Below are positions 19,439-30,793 of a stretch of 64,000 bases of DNA, one piece after another (the first letter of the stretch is position 1; each line of letters starts with the position of its first letter). Source of the DNA: Candidatus Rokubacteria bacterium 13_1_40CM_69_27 (GTDB lineage Bacteria > Methylomirabilota > Methylomirabilia > Rokubacteriales > CSP1-6). Under the pieces are notes generated by a model, which had not been told where the DNA came from, did not search any database, and was given only the letters and a program-made list of their open reading frames with translations. A program made the position numbers and the translations under genes. The DNA lies in assembly GCA_001917535.1 (NCBI GenBank), contig MNEF01000087.1:1401-65400 (forward strand). Direction: 5' to 3'.

Positions 19439-20284
19439 ATGGGCGCCGCCTTCGTCGTCACCCTCCGCGAGGCCTTCGAAGCCGCGCTCATCCTGGGGAT
19501 CGTCTACACCTACCTCGACAAGATCGGGGGGCGCGCGTATTACCGGTACGCGACGGCCGGCGGAGCGCTGGGTCTGCTGGCGAGCATCGGGGCCGGCGTC
19601 GCCGTCAGCTTCCTCTCCGGCCCGCTGCTCGATCTGGGGCCCGACGTCGTCAGGACCGTCGTCGTCTTCGCCGCCGTGGTTCTGCTGACCTGGCACGGCT
19701 GGTGGATGCGCCAGCACGCCCGGTCGATCAAAGGGAACGTGCAGCGACGGATCGAGCAGGCCCGCCTGACGCGGCGGCTCTGGATCATCGGCCTCATCGG
19801 CTTCACCGGGGTCTTCCGCGAGGGCGCCGAGACCATCCTCTTCCTCTGGGGCCTGCTGACCCAGGCGACCTCGGCGGCCGCAGGCGTCGCCGGAGGCACC
19901 CTGGGGGTGGCCACCGCGGCCCTGCTGGGCTGGGCGATCTTCCACGGAGGCCGGCGGCTCAGCCTGCGTCGATTCTTCACGGTCACCTCCGCGATCCTGC
20001 TGTTCGTGTCGGCGGGGCTCTTCAGCACCGGTGTCGGTCAGCTCCAGGGGCTCGGCGTCCTTCCGCAGTCCTACGCCCTCTGGGACACCTCCTTTCTGCT
20101 CAGCGACCGGAGCCTCGTCGGCGCGTTCCTGAACGGTCTCCTGGGTTACCGCGCCCGGCCGTCGGCCCTGGAGCTGGGCGCGTACGTGACGTACGTGCTC
20201 GGCGCCGGGCTGTTGCTCTTCGGCAACGCTCTGGTGCCGGCGCGCCGGCGGTCGGGGCCCCGGCCCGACGTCGCCCGTCCGTGA
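19439..20284 (+). CDS. efeU: FTR1/EfeU family high-affinity iron permease
   Basis: Two RExxE motifs (LREAFEAALILG and FREGAETILFLWG) in a polytopic membrane protein. Confidence 0.8.
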   Translation: MGAAFVVTLREAFEAALILGIVYTYLDKIGGRAYYRYATAGGALGLLASIGAGVAVSFLSGPLLDLGPDVVRTVVVFAAVVLLTWHGWWMRQHARSIKGNVQRRIEQARLTRRLWIIGLIGFTGVFREGAETILFLWGLLTQATSAAAGVAGGTLGVATAALLGWAIFHGGRRLSLRRFFTVTSAILLFVSAGLFSTGVGQLQGLGVLPQSYALWDTSFLLSDRSLVGAFLNGLLGYRARPSALELGAYVTYVLGAGLLLFGNALVPARRRSGPRPDVARP

Positions 20285-20368
20285 AGGAGCGCGAGGTCGA
20301 GCCGGGCTGGTCTGGGGATTCTGAGCGGGGCTCGACGGCCCCGCTCAGCCGCCGCGGGCGGAGCGACG

Positions 20369-20701
20369 CTACTTCTTGGTGGTCGCCTGCCGGGCGATGA
20401 TCTGGTCCTTGATCTTGTCGTAGGTCGGCTGCGGGAGGATCTTCTTCTGGACCAGCTCATCCTTCCGCTTGTACGGCCGGTTCTCGATGATCTTCTTGGC
20501 GTAGGCGTCGCCGATCCCGGGCAGCGCCTGTAAGTCTTCGGCGCTGGCGGTGTTGATGTCGAGCGGCGCCTTCTTCTTCTCGGTGGTCTTGGCCGGGGCC
20601 TCCTTCTTGGGGGCGTCCTTGGCCTGCGCCCAGGCCGCCGGCAGGTCGCCGAGCCCGACCGCGAACACGAGCGCGATGAGCAGTGCCAGCACTCGCTTCA
20701 T
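20369..20701 (-). CDS. comEA: ComEA-like helix-hairpin-helix DNA-binding protein
   Basis: Signal peptide, K-rich linker, DINTASAEDLQALPGIGDAYAKKIIENRPY HhH motif. Confidence 0.7.
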   Translation of the reverse strand: MKRVLALLIALVFAVGLGDLPAAWAQAKDAPKKEAPAKTTEKKKAPLDINTASAEDLQALPGIGDAYAKKIIENRPYKRKDELVQKKILPQPTYDKIKDQIIARQATTKK

Positions 20702-20769
20702 AGATCTCCTTTCAGGATGAAGTGTCGACCACGCCCAGCCTACACCGAGACGCCGGGGCGATGGAAATT

Positions 20770-21546
20770 TCAGCCGAGGCCCGCCAGCGTCGCCAGCTCG
20801 GAGAAGGAGCGAACGACGAGGTCGGCGTCGCGGGCCTCACCCGCCCCGTCCGGCGCGTAGAGCACGGTGTGCATGCCCACCGCGCGCCCGCCGCGAATGT
20901 CGGAGGGCACGCTGTCGCCCACCATGGCGACGCCGGCGGCCGGCAATCCGAGCTGGCGCAGGGCGATGAGGAACAGCGGAGGCTCGGGCTTGCCGACGAC
21001 GAGGGGCCGGACGCCCGCGGCGACGGCCACCGCCTCCACGATCGCGCCGCACCCGGGCAGGAAGTCGCCGCCTTCGATGGGCAGCCGCCGATCCAGGTTC
21101 GGGGTGACGAGCGCGGCCCCGGCCACGGCCGCGCGACAGGCGGCGGTGAGCCGCTCGTAGGTGAGGTCGAAGTCGTTGCCGACCGCGACCACCGTGGCCG
21201 ACCGCCAGTCCTTCACGTCCAGGATGTCGTGGCCGCCCCGCGTGATGGCTTCCGCCATCTCCCGGGCGCCGATGACGAGCACGCGGGAGCGGCCCCAGCG
21301 CTCGGCGATCACCTGACCGATGATCTCGAGCGGCGTGAGCACGTGCTCGGCGGCATCCACGCCCAGGGCGTGCAGGCGCTCGCGCAGATCGCTCCCGGTC
21401 GCGCGGGAGTTGTTGGAGAGGAAGGCCAGACGGCGCCCGCCGGCGTGCAGGGCCGTGAGCACCTCGCGGGCCCCCGGATTGAGGACGGTGCCGTTCCAGA
21501 CGCAGCCGTCGAGATCGAAGACGAAGCCGCGCAGGCCCCTGAGCAA
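20770..21546 (-). CDS. HAD-IIA family hydrolase (NagD-like)
   Basis: GFVFDLDGCVWNG motif I; HAD-IIA pattern through the C-terminus; start uncertain (the ORF track's start overlaps the upstream GT4 gene). Confidence 0.7.
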   Translation of the reverse strand: MLRGLRGFVFDLDGCVWNGTVLNPGAREVLTALHAGGRRLAFLSNNSRATGSDLRERLHALGVDAAEHVLTPLEIIGQVIAERWGRSRVLVIGAREMAEAITRGGHDILDVKDWRSATVVAVGNDFDLTYERLTAACRAAVAGAALVTPNLDRRLPIEGGDFLPGCGAIVEAVAVAAGVRPLVVGKPEPPLFLIALRQLGLPAAGVAMVGDSVPSDIRGGRAVGMHTVLYAPDGAGEARDADLVVRSFSELATLAGLG

Positions 21547-21550
21547 CGCG

Positions 21551-22726
21551 CTAGTCGCCCGTCGACCGCTGGAACTCGGCGATGGCGTCGATGTACAACC
21601 GCTCGGTGCGCTCGGCGACACTCGCCCAGGAGAACTTCTCCTCGACGCGCCGGCGGCCGGCGCGGCCCATGGCGCGGCCCTGCTCGGGGTCGTCGAGCAG
21701 CCGTCGCAGCGCCGCCGCCAGCTCGTCGGGACGCCCCGGCGTCACCAGGTAGCCAGTGGTGCCGTCCTCGACGACCTCCAGGATGCCGCCCACGGCGGAG
21801 GCCACCACCGGCGTCTCGCACGCCATCGCCTCGAGGTTGATCAGCCCGAAGGGCTCGTAGACCGAAGGGCATGCGAACACGGCCGCGTGGCTGTAGAGCT
21901 GCACCACCTCCTCCACGGGGATCATGGCGTTGATCCAGAGCACGTTGGGGTGCAGGGGCACCGCGCGGCGCAGCCGCTCCTCGATCTCCGGGGTGTCGGG
22001 CGCCGAGGCGCACAGCACCAGCTGCACCCCGGCCGGCAGCTTCGGCGCCGCCTCCAACAGGTGGAAGATCCCCTTCTGGTCGGTGATCCGGCCGACGAAG
22101 AGCACGTAGGGCGGCCGCACCCCGTAGCGCTCCAGGGCGTCGCGCCGCCCGGCGCGGCGGAAGCGCTCGGGATCGATGCCGTTGTGGATGACAACGACCT
22201 TGGCCGGGTCCACGGCGAAGTGGCCCAGGATGTCCTCGCGCATGCGGGCGGAGACCGCGATCACGCGATCGGCCGCTTCCACCGCCGTCTTCTCGATCCA
22301 CGTGGAGAGCAGGTAGCCGGCGCCGAGCTGGTCGGCCTTCCACGGCCGCAGCGGCTCCAGGCTGTGCAGGGTCACGATCAGCGGAATGCGGTGCAGCGTG
22401 CGGATCCAGAGCCCGGCCATGTCGGCGTACCAGGTGTGAGCGTGCGCCACGTCGGCGTCCACCGGATCGCGCGCCATCGCCAACCCGATCGAGAGCGTCT
22501 CCAGCGCGGGCGCGAAGCGCGGTCCGTCCGGGCCCGCGCTCAGTCGCGACCAGGGCGTGTAGCCGCGGACGGCGATCTTGGCATCGGCCTGGGGCTCGCG
22601 CTCGCCGAAGCACCGCACCTCCACCGCCATCAGCTGGCTGAGCGCGCGCGCGAGCTGATCGACCACGACGCCGGCGCCGCCGTAGATGTGAGGTGGGTAC
22701 TCGCGGCTGAGCAGAAGGGCCTTCAC
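21551..22726 (-). CDS. glycosyltransferase family 4 (GT-B fold)
   Basis: Start placed at GTG (VKALLLSREYPPHIYGGAGVVVDQLA); C-terminal GT1 domain with E...E motifs; upstream 184 aa of the ORF is low complexity. Confidence 0.75.
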   Translation of the reverse strand: MKALLLSREYPPHIYGGAGVVVDQLARALSQLMAVEVRCFGEREPQADAKIAVRGYTPWSRLSAGPDGPRFAPALETLSIGLAMARDPVDADVAHAHTWYADMAGLWIRTLHRIPLIVTLHSLEPLRPWKADQLGAGYLLSTWIEKTAVEAADRVIAVSARMREDILGHFAVDPAKVVVIHNGIDPERFRRAGRRDALERYGVRPPYVLFVGRITDQKGIFHLLEAAPKLPAGVQLVLCASAPDTPEIEERLRRAVPLHPNVLWINAMIPVEEVVQLYSHAAVFACPSVYEPFGLINLEAMACETPVVASAVGGILEVVEDGTTGYLVTPGRPDELAAALRRLLDDPEQGRAMGRAGRRRVEEKFSWASVAERTERLYIDAIAEFQRSTGD

Positions 22727-22744
22727 CGCCGTAGAATACCATCC

Positions 22745-23221
22745 GTGGAAGCCCGGCTCCTCTCCCCGCGCATCCGCGCGGCGCTGGCGGCGCTGATGGC
22801 GGCTACCTGCCTGGCGCCGGCTGCCGGCGCCCAGCCGGAGCGGTGCTCGCCGACGCGGGCCGACGCGCTCGGCCCCTTCTACACGCCGAATGCTCCCGAG
22901 CGCGCGAGCACCGGCCGCGGGCTCGGCGTCGCAGGCCGGGTGCTCTCGGCCGCCGGCTGCGCGCCGCTGGCCGGCGCGAAGATCGAGTGGTGGTCGGCCA
23001 ACCCCCGGGGCGACTACGACGACGAGCATCGCGCGACGCAGGAGGCGGACACCCAGGGCCGCTACCACTACGAGACCGACTTTCCCGGCCGCTATCCGGG
23101 CCGCCCGCCGCACGTGCACGTGCGCGTCAGCGCCCCCGGCCACCGCGCGCTGGTCACCCAGCTCTATCCCAAGCCCGACCAGCGCACGCTCGACGCCGAC
23201 TTCATCCTGATCCACGAGTAA
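22745..23221 (+). CDS. secreted intradiol ring-cleavage dioxygenase-like protein
   Basis: Signal peptide (RIRAALAALMAATCLAPAAGA); C-terminal HVHVRVSAPGH...LVTQLY resembles the intradiol dioxygenase core. Confidence 0.6.
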   Translation: MEARLLSPRIRAALAALMAATCLAPAAGAQPERCSPTRADALGPFYTPNAPERASTGRGLGVAGRVLSAAGCAPLAGAKIEWWSANPRGDYDDEHRATQEADTQGRYHYETDFPGRYPGRPPHVHVRVSAPGHRALVTQLYPKPDQRTLDADFILIHE

Positions 23222-23312
23222 CCCGGGCCCCGCCGCCCGTCCCGCCGAGGCTTTCTCGAAGGCACGGGCATTGCACATCCAACACGCGATCCCAGCTCAG
23301 GAGGGGTGTGCA

Positions 23313-23528
23313 ATGAAGAGGATAATCTCTCCGATCATCAGCCTGTCGCTCATCGCGATGGTCATGGCCGGGTGCGGGACGGCGACCGGCGCCGCCGTGG
23401 GCGCCGGTTCTGGCGCTGCAGTCGCCGCAGGCACTGGCCACAGCCCCGGCAAGGGCGCGCTGATCGGCGCCGGCGTCGGTGCCGCCGCGGGCGCCATCTA
23501 CGACATCACCAAGCACAACCAGAAGTGA
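23313..23528 (+). CDS. glycine-zipper lipoprotein
   Basis: AGGAGG RBS; lipobox LIAMVMAGCG; G/A-rich glycine-zipper repeat (GAAVGAGSGAAVAAGTG...GAGVGAAAGA). Confidence 0.6.
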   Translation: MKRIISPIISLSLIAMVMAGCGTATGAAVGAGSGAAVAAGTGHSPGKGALIGAGVGAAAGAIYDITKHNQK

Positions 23529-23544
23529 TGCGAGGGAGGCGCCC

Positions 23545-23844
23545 ATGATCCGAAAAGTTCTGTCGGTGGTCTGCACGTTCGTCCTCTTCTCGGCCGGGGC
23601 CAGCGCGCTGGCCGAACAGAAGAAGGACTGCCCGCAGCCCTCCGCCTCGGTCGGTACCCAGGCCAAACCCGGCGCGCCCGACAAGGTCGAAGGCGAGGTC
23701 GTCAAGATCGACGCCAAGCGCAACATGGTGACGCTGCGCGCGTCGGACGGCACGACGCACGAGTTCCAGGGTTCGCGGGAGACGGTCAAGACCCTCAAGG
23801 TCGGCGATCACATCGAGATGAAGCTCCGCGCCGCCGCCTGCTGA
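23545..23844 (+). CDS. small secreted protein, possibly CusF-like beta-barrel
   Basis: GGGAGG RBS; signal peptide; EGEVVKIDAKRNMVTLRA...LKVGDHIEMKL resembles CusF-like metal-binding periplasmic proteins (weak). Confidence 0.45.
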   Translation: MIRKVLSVVCTFVLFSAGASALAEQKKDCPQPSASVGTQAKPGAPDKVEGEVVKIDAKRNMVTLRASDGTTHEFQGSRETVKTLKVGDHIEMKLRAAAC

Positions 23845-23857
23845 GAGCGGCGCGGAG

Positions 23858-25241
<1,384 letters not shown>

Positions 25242-25249
<8 letters not shown>

Positions 25250-26540
25250 GGACGGCCCGCTTGATCGGCAGCCGGATGGTGAAGCGGGCGCCCGCGCCCG
25301 GCCGGTTCGTCCAGCGGATCTCGCCGCCGTGCTCCTCGATGATCTGGCGCGCGATCGACAGGCCGAGGCCGGTCCCCTGCGGCTTGGTCGTGAAGAACGG
25401 CTCGAACAGTCGCTTGGCGACCTCCTCGGGAATACCGCCGCCGGTGTCGGTCACCGAGACCTCCACGATGTCACCGTCGCGCCGGCTGGCCAGCGTCAGC
25501 TCGCCGCCGCGGGAGAGCGCCTCCAGCCCGTTCTTGACGAGGTTCAGGATGGCCTGGCGCAGCAGGCCGCGGTCGATCTCCATCGTGGGCACGGTCGGAT
25601 CGGTCTCCACGTGCAGCGTGAGCCCCTGGCGTACGGCGACGGGCCGCACGAAGTCGGCCAGCTCCACCACCAGGTCGTTGACCGACTCCTCCTCGAAGTG
25701 CGGGCGGGGGAAGCGCGCGAAGGTCAGGTACTCCTCGGTCAGGGCGTCCAGGGTCCGCACCTGGTCCTGGATGGCGGCGACCAGGCCGGCCGCCTCCTCC
25801 ATCTCCGCCGCCGGCTGCCCGCGCACGATGTCCCGCAGGATCTCGGCGTTCAGCTCGATCGCGCTGATCGGATTGCGGACTTCGTGCGCGACCTTGAGGC
25901 TGAGCCGCCCGACGGTCGCCATGCGCTCGGCGACGAGCAGCTCCTGCTGGGTCGTCTGGAGCCGGTTGAGCGTTCCCGTCAGCTCGGTATTGAGCCGCTC
26001 GACCTCACCGCGGGCCCGCCGCTCCCGCTCGGCGACCAGGCCCAGGGTCACCGCCGGCAGGCCGGCGAGCGCGGAGAGAATGAACCCCGGCGTCCAGCCG
26101 ACCCAGGGTGGCACCAGCCACGCCGAGAGCGTATAGAGCCCGCCGGCGATGAGCGCGGCACCCAGGCCCACCCACGGACCGAAGTAGTAGGCGTTGACCG
26201 CGACCAGCGGGAAGAAGAGGAGGTAGAAAAGGCTGTCGCCGCCGCCGGTGAAGTAGAGGAGCGTGAAGACGAGCAGGAGATCGATGCCAAGCGCGTTGAG
26301 AAAGATGATGCGGGTGGCGCGGGGATTGATCGTGACCAGCGCGAAGACGCCAACCTTGTACGCCGCGAACCACGTCACCAGCGAGAACAGATCGATCTGG
26401 TAGCGGGGCCGCAGGGGGACGAGGCCGAGAGTCGTCAGGCCCCCTACCATCACGACGGCGAGAAGGACGGCGAACACCCGCTCGTCGCCCTCGAGCAGCT
26501 TGAAGATCGCGTGCCACGGCTTGCGGCCGGCTGTCGTCAC
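25242..26540 (-). CDS. membrane sensor histidine kinase (partner of the NtrC-family regulator)
   Basis: Five or six N-terminal TM helices; HisKA (LKVAHEVRNPISAI) and HATPase_c (GGTGLGLSIARQI); overlaps the RR gene by 8 nt. Confidence 0.85.
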
Positions 26541-26807
26541 GGTCCCTCCGGCCGACTATAGCACGCGCAGTTTCCCGGGCGTCGGGGGCGCGGGGGCCAT
26601 GCGAGAGCACGCTAGCCACATCGCGCCCGCCCATAGTTGCACGCTCTGGGTCGGGTCTGTCCCCTGAGACACGGCTCTCGCACGGCCCCCGCGCCTCCGA
26701 CGCCAGCTGCGACTTCTCGTCCTGCGTCACCCCTGGGAGTCGGTCACGAGGGCCGGGCGCGAGCAGGGCCGCGAGCATCAACCGCCGGGGGCGGCGGCGG
26801 GTGCGCG

Positions 26808-27398
26808 TCAGCTGCGGCGGCTCTGGCGGTAAGCGAGGACGGCGAGCCAGACGGCCAGCCCCACCAGCGCGTAGAGCACCAGCCAATGCTCGACGCGGCG
26901 CACGTCGGCCATCACGCGCTCGAGCTGGTCCGTGAAAAGGAAGGCGATCCCGAAGCCGATGGGGACGCCGACCAGCGCCGCGGCGACGTCCACCGCGAGA
27001 AACTTCCAGAACGGAATCTTGGCGATGCCGGCGGTGAGGAAGGCCGCGGCCCGCACGCCCAGCACGTGGCGGGCCGTGAAGACGATCTTCACGCCGTGGC
27101 GGTGGTAGGCGGCCTTCAGCCGCTCCTCGCGCTCCCGACTCAGGACGCGGCGGACCACCCGCCAGTCGAGCACCACCTCACCCCAATGGTGGCCGATCCA
27201 GTAGAGGACGACGTCGCCGCTGAGGACGCCCAGGATGCAGACGGGCAGCGCGATCCACCACCGCACGACGTCTTCGTGCGCGAGCGCGCCGGCGGCCAGG
27301 ACCGGAGCCTCCTCGGGGATCGGCAGCCCGAGCCCGGCCCCGAACAGCATCAGAAACACCCCGAGGTAGGTGAAGTTCTCGATGAAGCGCTGGAGCAT
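26808..27398 (-). CDS. DedA/SNARE-associated family membrane protein
   Basis: LGVFLMLFGAGLGLPIPEE...YHRHGVKIVFTARHVLGVRAAAF, DedA signature. Confidence 0.8.
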   Translation of the reverse strand: MLQRFIENFTYLGVFLMLFGAGLGLPIPEEAPVLAAGALAHEDVVRWWIALPVCILGVLSGDVVLYWIGHHWGEVVLDWRVVRRVLSREREERLKAAYHRHGVKIVFTARHVLGVRAAAFLTAGIAKIPFWKFLAVDVAAALVGVPIGFGIAFLFTDQLERVMADVRRVEHWLVLYALVGLAVWLAVLAYRQSRRS

Positions 27399-27399
27399 G

Positions 27400-28512
27400 A
27401 TCTATACTCGCATGGGCGTGCCGATGCCTCGCCAGCGACTGATCCTTCACACCGAGGCCTCGCTCGGCCTCGGCGGCCAGGAGATCCGGATCCTCACCGA
27501 GGTGCGCTGGCTACTCGATCACGGCTGGGGCGCGGTCATCGCCTGTCAACCCGAGAGTCGGCTGCTCTCCGAAGCGCGCGCCGCCGCGCTGCCCGCCGTC
27601 GCCGTCCCCATGCGCGGCGCCCTCGATCTGCCCGCGCTCCTGGCGCTCCGACGGCTCATGAGGGCGCGCGGGGTAACGCTCGTGCACACCCACAGCTCGG
27701 TCGACAGTTGGCTGGGCACGCTGGCGGCCAAGTCGCTGCGCCTGCCCGTCGTGCGCGGACGTCACGTGACGATCCCCATCATCAAGCGGCGCGCCCTGAC
27801 CTATCGTCTCGCCGATCGCGTCATCACCAGCGGCGAGGCGGTCCGGGCGCTGGTGGAGCGCGCCGGCGTGCCCGCCGAGCGGATCGTCGCCGTCCCCGCG
27901 GGGGTGGACACGACGCGCTTCCACCCCGGCGTGTCGGGCAAGACGGTGCGCGACGAGTTGGGGCTCACCGGCCCGGTGGTCGGCCTGGTCGCCAACGTGC
28001 GCGGCTCCAAAGGTCACCGCTACTTCCTGGAGGCCGCCCAGCCGGTGCTGCGCGCGGTGCCCGGGACGCGATTTCTCATCGTCGGCGACGGCGTCGGCTT
28101 CGAGGACGTGCGTCTCCGCGTGCGCGAGATGGGTCTCGAGCCCCACGTCATCATGACGGGCTTCCGCCGCGACATCCCCGAGGTGATGGCCGCGCTCGAC
28201 ATCCTCGTCCTGCCCTCCATCAAGTCGGAGGCGATCTCGCAGGTGATCCCGCAGGCGCTGGCGGTGGGTACGCCGGTGGTGGGCACCACGGTCGGGGGCA
28301 CCCCCGAGATCATCCGCGACGGCGAGAACGGCCGGCTGGTGCCTCCCGCCGACGCCGCCGCGCTCGCCGGCGCCATCGTCGCGCTGCTCCGGGACCCGGT
28401 CCGCGCCCGCGAGATGGCCCGGGCCGGCCAGGCGCTCGTGCGGGCCCGCTACACCATGGGCGCGACGATGGCGCAAACGACCGCCGTGTACGCGGAGCTC
28501 CTGGGCGGCTGA
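27400..28512 (+). CDS. glycosyltransferase family 4
   Basis: GT-B N-domain and C-terminal GT1 motif (PSIKSEAISQVIPQALAVGTPVVGTTVGGTPEII.DGENG); start approximate. Confidence 0.75.
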   Translation: MYTRMGVPMPRQRLILHTEASLGLGGQEIRILTEVRWLLDHGWGAVIACQPESRLLSEARAAALPAVAVPMRGALDLPALLALRRLMRARGVTLVHTHSSVDSWLGTLAAKSLRLPVVRGRHVTIPIIKRRALTYRLADRVITSGEAVRALVERAGVPAERIVAVPAGVDTTRFHPGVSGKTVRDELGLTGPVVGLVANVRGSKGHRYFLEAAQPVLRAVPGTRFLIVGDGVGFEDVRLRVREMGLEPHVIMTGFRRDIPEVMAALDILVLPSIKSEAISQVIPQALAVGTPVVGTTVGGTPEIIRDGENGRLVPPADAAALAGAIVALLRDPVRAREMARAGQALVRARYTMGATMAQTTAVYAELLGG

Positions 28513-28513
28513 G

Positions 28514-28990
28514 TCAGCGCAGGGGCGCCGTGTCCGGCCGCGCGGCCGGGCGGACACGCGCCGGCTCGGCGTGGGGCCCCGGCGGCTCGCGGGCGCCGTC
28601 GGGCAGCGCGACGACGCGCAGCCGCACCGGAAAGATGCCAGCGCCGAGCGCGCCCAGCCGCTGAGCGGCCGCGTAGGACACGTCGATGATGCGGCCCCCG
28701 ACGAAGGGGCCCCGGTCGTTGATCCGGACCTCCACCGAGCGTCCGTTCCCGAGGTGGGTCACCAGCACGCGCGTGCCCATCGGCAGCGTGCGGTGGGCGG
28801 CGGTCAGCTGGTACATGTTGAAGGTCTCGCCGCTCGACGTGCGCCGGCCGTGGAAGGGCTCGCCGTACCAGGAGGCCTGCCCGCGCTCCTCGGCCCCCAG
28901 CCGCACCGGCGCCGGCGGGGGAGCGACGCGCGCGGTGGCGCATCCGGCCAGCACGAGCAGCGCCACCGGCCATCCGGTGCGGGCTCGCAT
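28514..28990 (-). CDS. rlpA: septal-ring lytic transglycosylase RlpA-like (DPBB domain) lipoprotein
   Basis: Lipobox LLVLAGCA; WYGEPFHGRRTSSGETFNMYQLTAAHRTLPMGTRVLVT...RINDRGPF. Confidence 0.75.
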   Translation of the reverse strand: MRARTGWPVALLVLAGCATARVAPPPAPVRLGAEERGQASWYGEPFHGRRTSSGETFNMYQLTAAHRTLPMGTRVLVTHLGNGRSVEVRINDRGPFVGGRIIDVSYAAAQRLGALGAGIFPVRLRVVALPDGAREPPGPHAEPARVRPAARPDTAPLR

Positions 28991-29012
28991 ATCCCATCGT
29001 ACTATCGAATCG

Positions 29013-29681
29013 ATGGATGTCCGCGCCCTGGCCATCGACTACGACGGCACGATCGCCGAGAACGGGCGCACGCCCGCGCCGGCCGCCGCGGCGCTGGCCC
29101 GCGTGCGGGCCTCCGGGCGCAAGCTCGTGCTCGTCACCGGCCGGATCCTGGTCGAGCTGAGGGAGGTCTGCCCCGACGTCGACCGCATGTTCGACGCCGT
29201 CGTCGCCGAGAACGGCGCCCTCCTCTATCTACCGGGACTCGGCCGCACCCATCCCCTCGGCGCGGCGCCGGAGCCCGCGCTGCTCGAGGCGCTGTCCCGG
29301 CACCGCGTCGAGTTCAAGCTCGGCGAGTCGATCGTGGCGACACTGACCCCCTTCGCCGCCGCCGCGCGGGCGGCGATCCATGAGGCGGGGGTCCCCCGCA
29401 TCCTGGAGTTCAACAAGGGCGCCCTGATGCTGTTGCCCGAGGGCCTGTCGAAGGGGACGGGGCTGCTCGCGGCCCTGGCCGCGCTCGACGTCTCTCCCAC
29501 CGAGGCCGTGGCCATCGGCGACGCCGAGAACGATCACGCCCTGCTCGCCGCCTGCGGGCTGGGGGTGGCAGTGGCCGACGCCGTGCCGGCGCTCCGGGCT
29601 CGCGCCCAGCACGTCACCCGCGCGCCGGGCAGCCTCGGGGTGATCGAGTTCGTGGAGGAGTATCTGCTGAGGGCCGGCTAG
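29013..29681 (+). CDS. HAD-IIB family hydrolase (Cof-like phosphatase)
   Basis: LAIDYDGTI motif I, KLVLVTGR, GDAENDHALL motifs. Confidence 0.7.
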   Translation: MDVRALAIDYDGTIAENGRTPAPAAAALARVRASGRKLVLVTGRILVELREVCPDVDRMFDAVVAENGALLYLPGLGRTHPLGAAPEPALLEALSRHRVEFKLGESIVATLTPFAAAARAAIHEAGVPRILEFNKGALMLLPEGLSKGTGLLAALAALDVSPTEAVAIGDAENDHALLAACGLGVAVADAVPALRARAQHVTRAPGSLGVIEFVEEYLLRAG

Positions 29682-29685
29682 GTCA

Positions 29686-29758
29686 TCGGAGGGGGCCTCG
29701 ACGGCCCCCTCCGAAGCCTCCCCCAGAAGGATTGCGCGGGCGAAGCCCGCGCTCGAAC
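29686..29758. repeat. composite REP-like element (hairpin module A plus GGATTGCGCGGGCGAAGCCCGCGCTCG module B)
   Basis: TCGGAGGGGGCC-TCGAC-GGCCCCCTCCGA followed by CCCCAGAAGGATTGCGCGGGCGAAGCCCGCGCTCG; same two modules at 36555 and 55337. Confidence 0.6.
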
Positions 29759-29785
29759 GAGTGGCTTACTCCGACGCGCGCGTAG

Positions 29786-30775
29786 CTAGCCTTCGGCCAG
29801 CAGCTCGGCGATGCGGCCGGCGGCCTCGCGCGCGGCCGACGTGACGGGCACCACGGTCACGGCGCGCGGCGCGGCGCCCAGACCGACCTCGAGCGCCCGC
29901 GCGAGCTGCGCCGTCCGCCCGATCGGTCCGCGGGCGGCGGGGCCCTTCATGCCGTGCAGGCGCAGCAGCGCGATGGCGGCGGCGTCCAGCGCGCAGCGAT
30001 CGTCGCTGGCCAGGAAGACGCCGGGCGCCGCCCGCGTCCCCTGCTCGGGGCCGCCGTCCACGAACGCCTCCAGGCAATCCATGATGTTGAGGGCGGGGCG
30101 CCAGGCCAGGTTCGCCTCGGCGATCATCGCGCGCTGGTGCTCGGAGCCGTGGAGGTCCCGCATGTAGTTGTGCGGCGCGCCGGGCAGGTACTTCGCCACC
30201 AGCCCAACGGTGTTCTTGAGGGCCAGGGTCACGTGGCCGCCGAAGCGATGGGTCTTGCAGCACATGGTCTGGACGACGCAGGGCGCCTCGGCGAAGAGCT
30301 GCGCCGCCAAGAAGCCCTGCGGCCAGTGCTCGCCCCGGAACGGGCGCCAGCCGTCGCGCCCGAGCTCGTCGAGCACGACCATGCGCGCTCCCGACGACGC
30401 GAGGACGTCAGCCACCCCGGTCGCCTCCAGCACCCGCCGGGTGTCTCCCATGCCCGAGCGCTCGCCCAGCGTGAGGCTCGCGGCGCGGTGCGATGTGAGG
30501 CTGGCGAGCAGCGCCGCCAGTGTGGCGGGATGCGTCGAGGCGGGAAACGGATCGGCGCTGTTGAAGTTCGCCTTGATCGCGACGTCGCGCCCCTGGCACG
30601 CGGTGAAGGCCGCCGCGTCGAGGCAGGCGGCGACGGCCTTCGCTCGATCGGGCTCGCGGACCACGAAGACGCGCGCGCCGCCTGACCCGGGCGCGGCGGC
30701 CAGTGGCGCCGGCAGCGCGGCGGCGAGGCCGGCGGCCGCGGCGGTTCGGAGCACCTCCCGGCGCGACACGTCCAT
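29786..30775 (-). CDS. DUF362 domain protein with Tat signal peptide
   Basis: RREVLRTAAAAGLAAAL twin-arginine motif; AIKANFNSADPFP...THP region typical of DUF362. Confidence 0.55.
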   Translation of the reverse strand: MDVSRREVLRTAAAAGLAAALPAPLAAAPGSGGARVFVVREPDRAKAVAACLDAAAFTACQGRDVAIKANFNSADPFPASTHPATLAALLASLTSHRAASLTLGERSGMGDTRRVLEATGVADVLASSGARMVVLDELGRDGWRPFRGEHWPQGFLAAQLFAEAPCVVQTMCCKTHRFGGHVTLALKNTVGLVAKYLPGAPHNYMRDLHGSEHQRAMIAEANLAWRPALNIMDCLEAFVDGGPEQGTRAAPGVFLASDDRCALDAAAIALLRLHGMKGPAARGPIGRTAQLARALEVGLGAAPRAVTVVPVTSAAREAAGRIAELLAEG

Positions 30776-30793
30776 TCGGAGTCTATCGCCGGC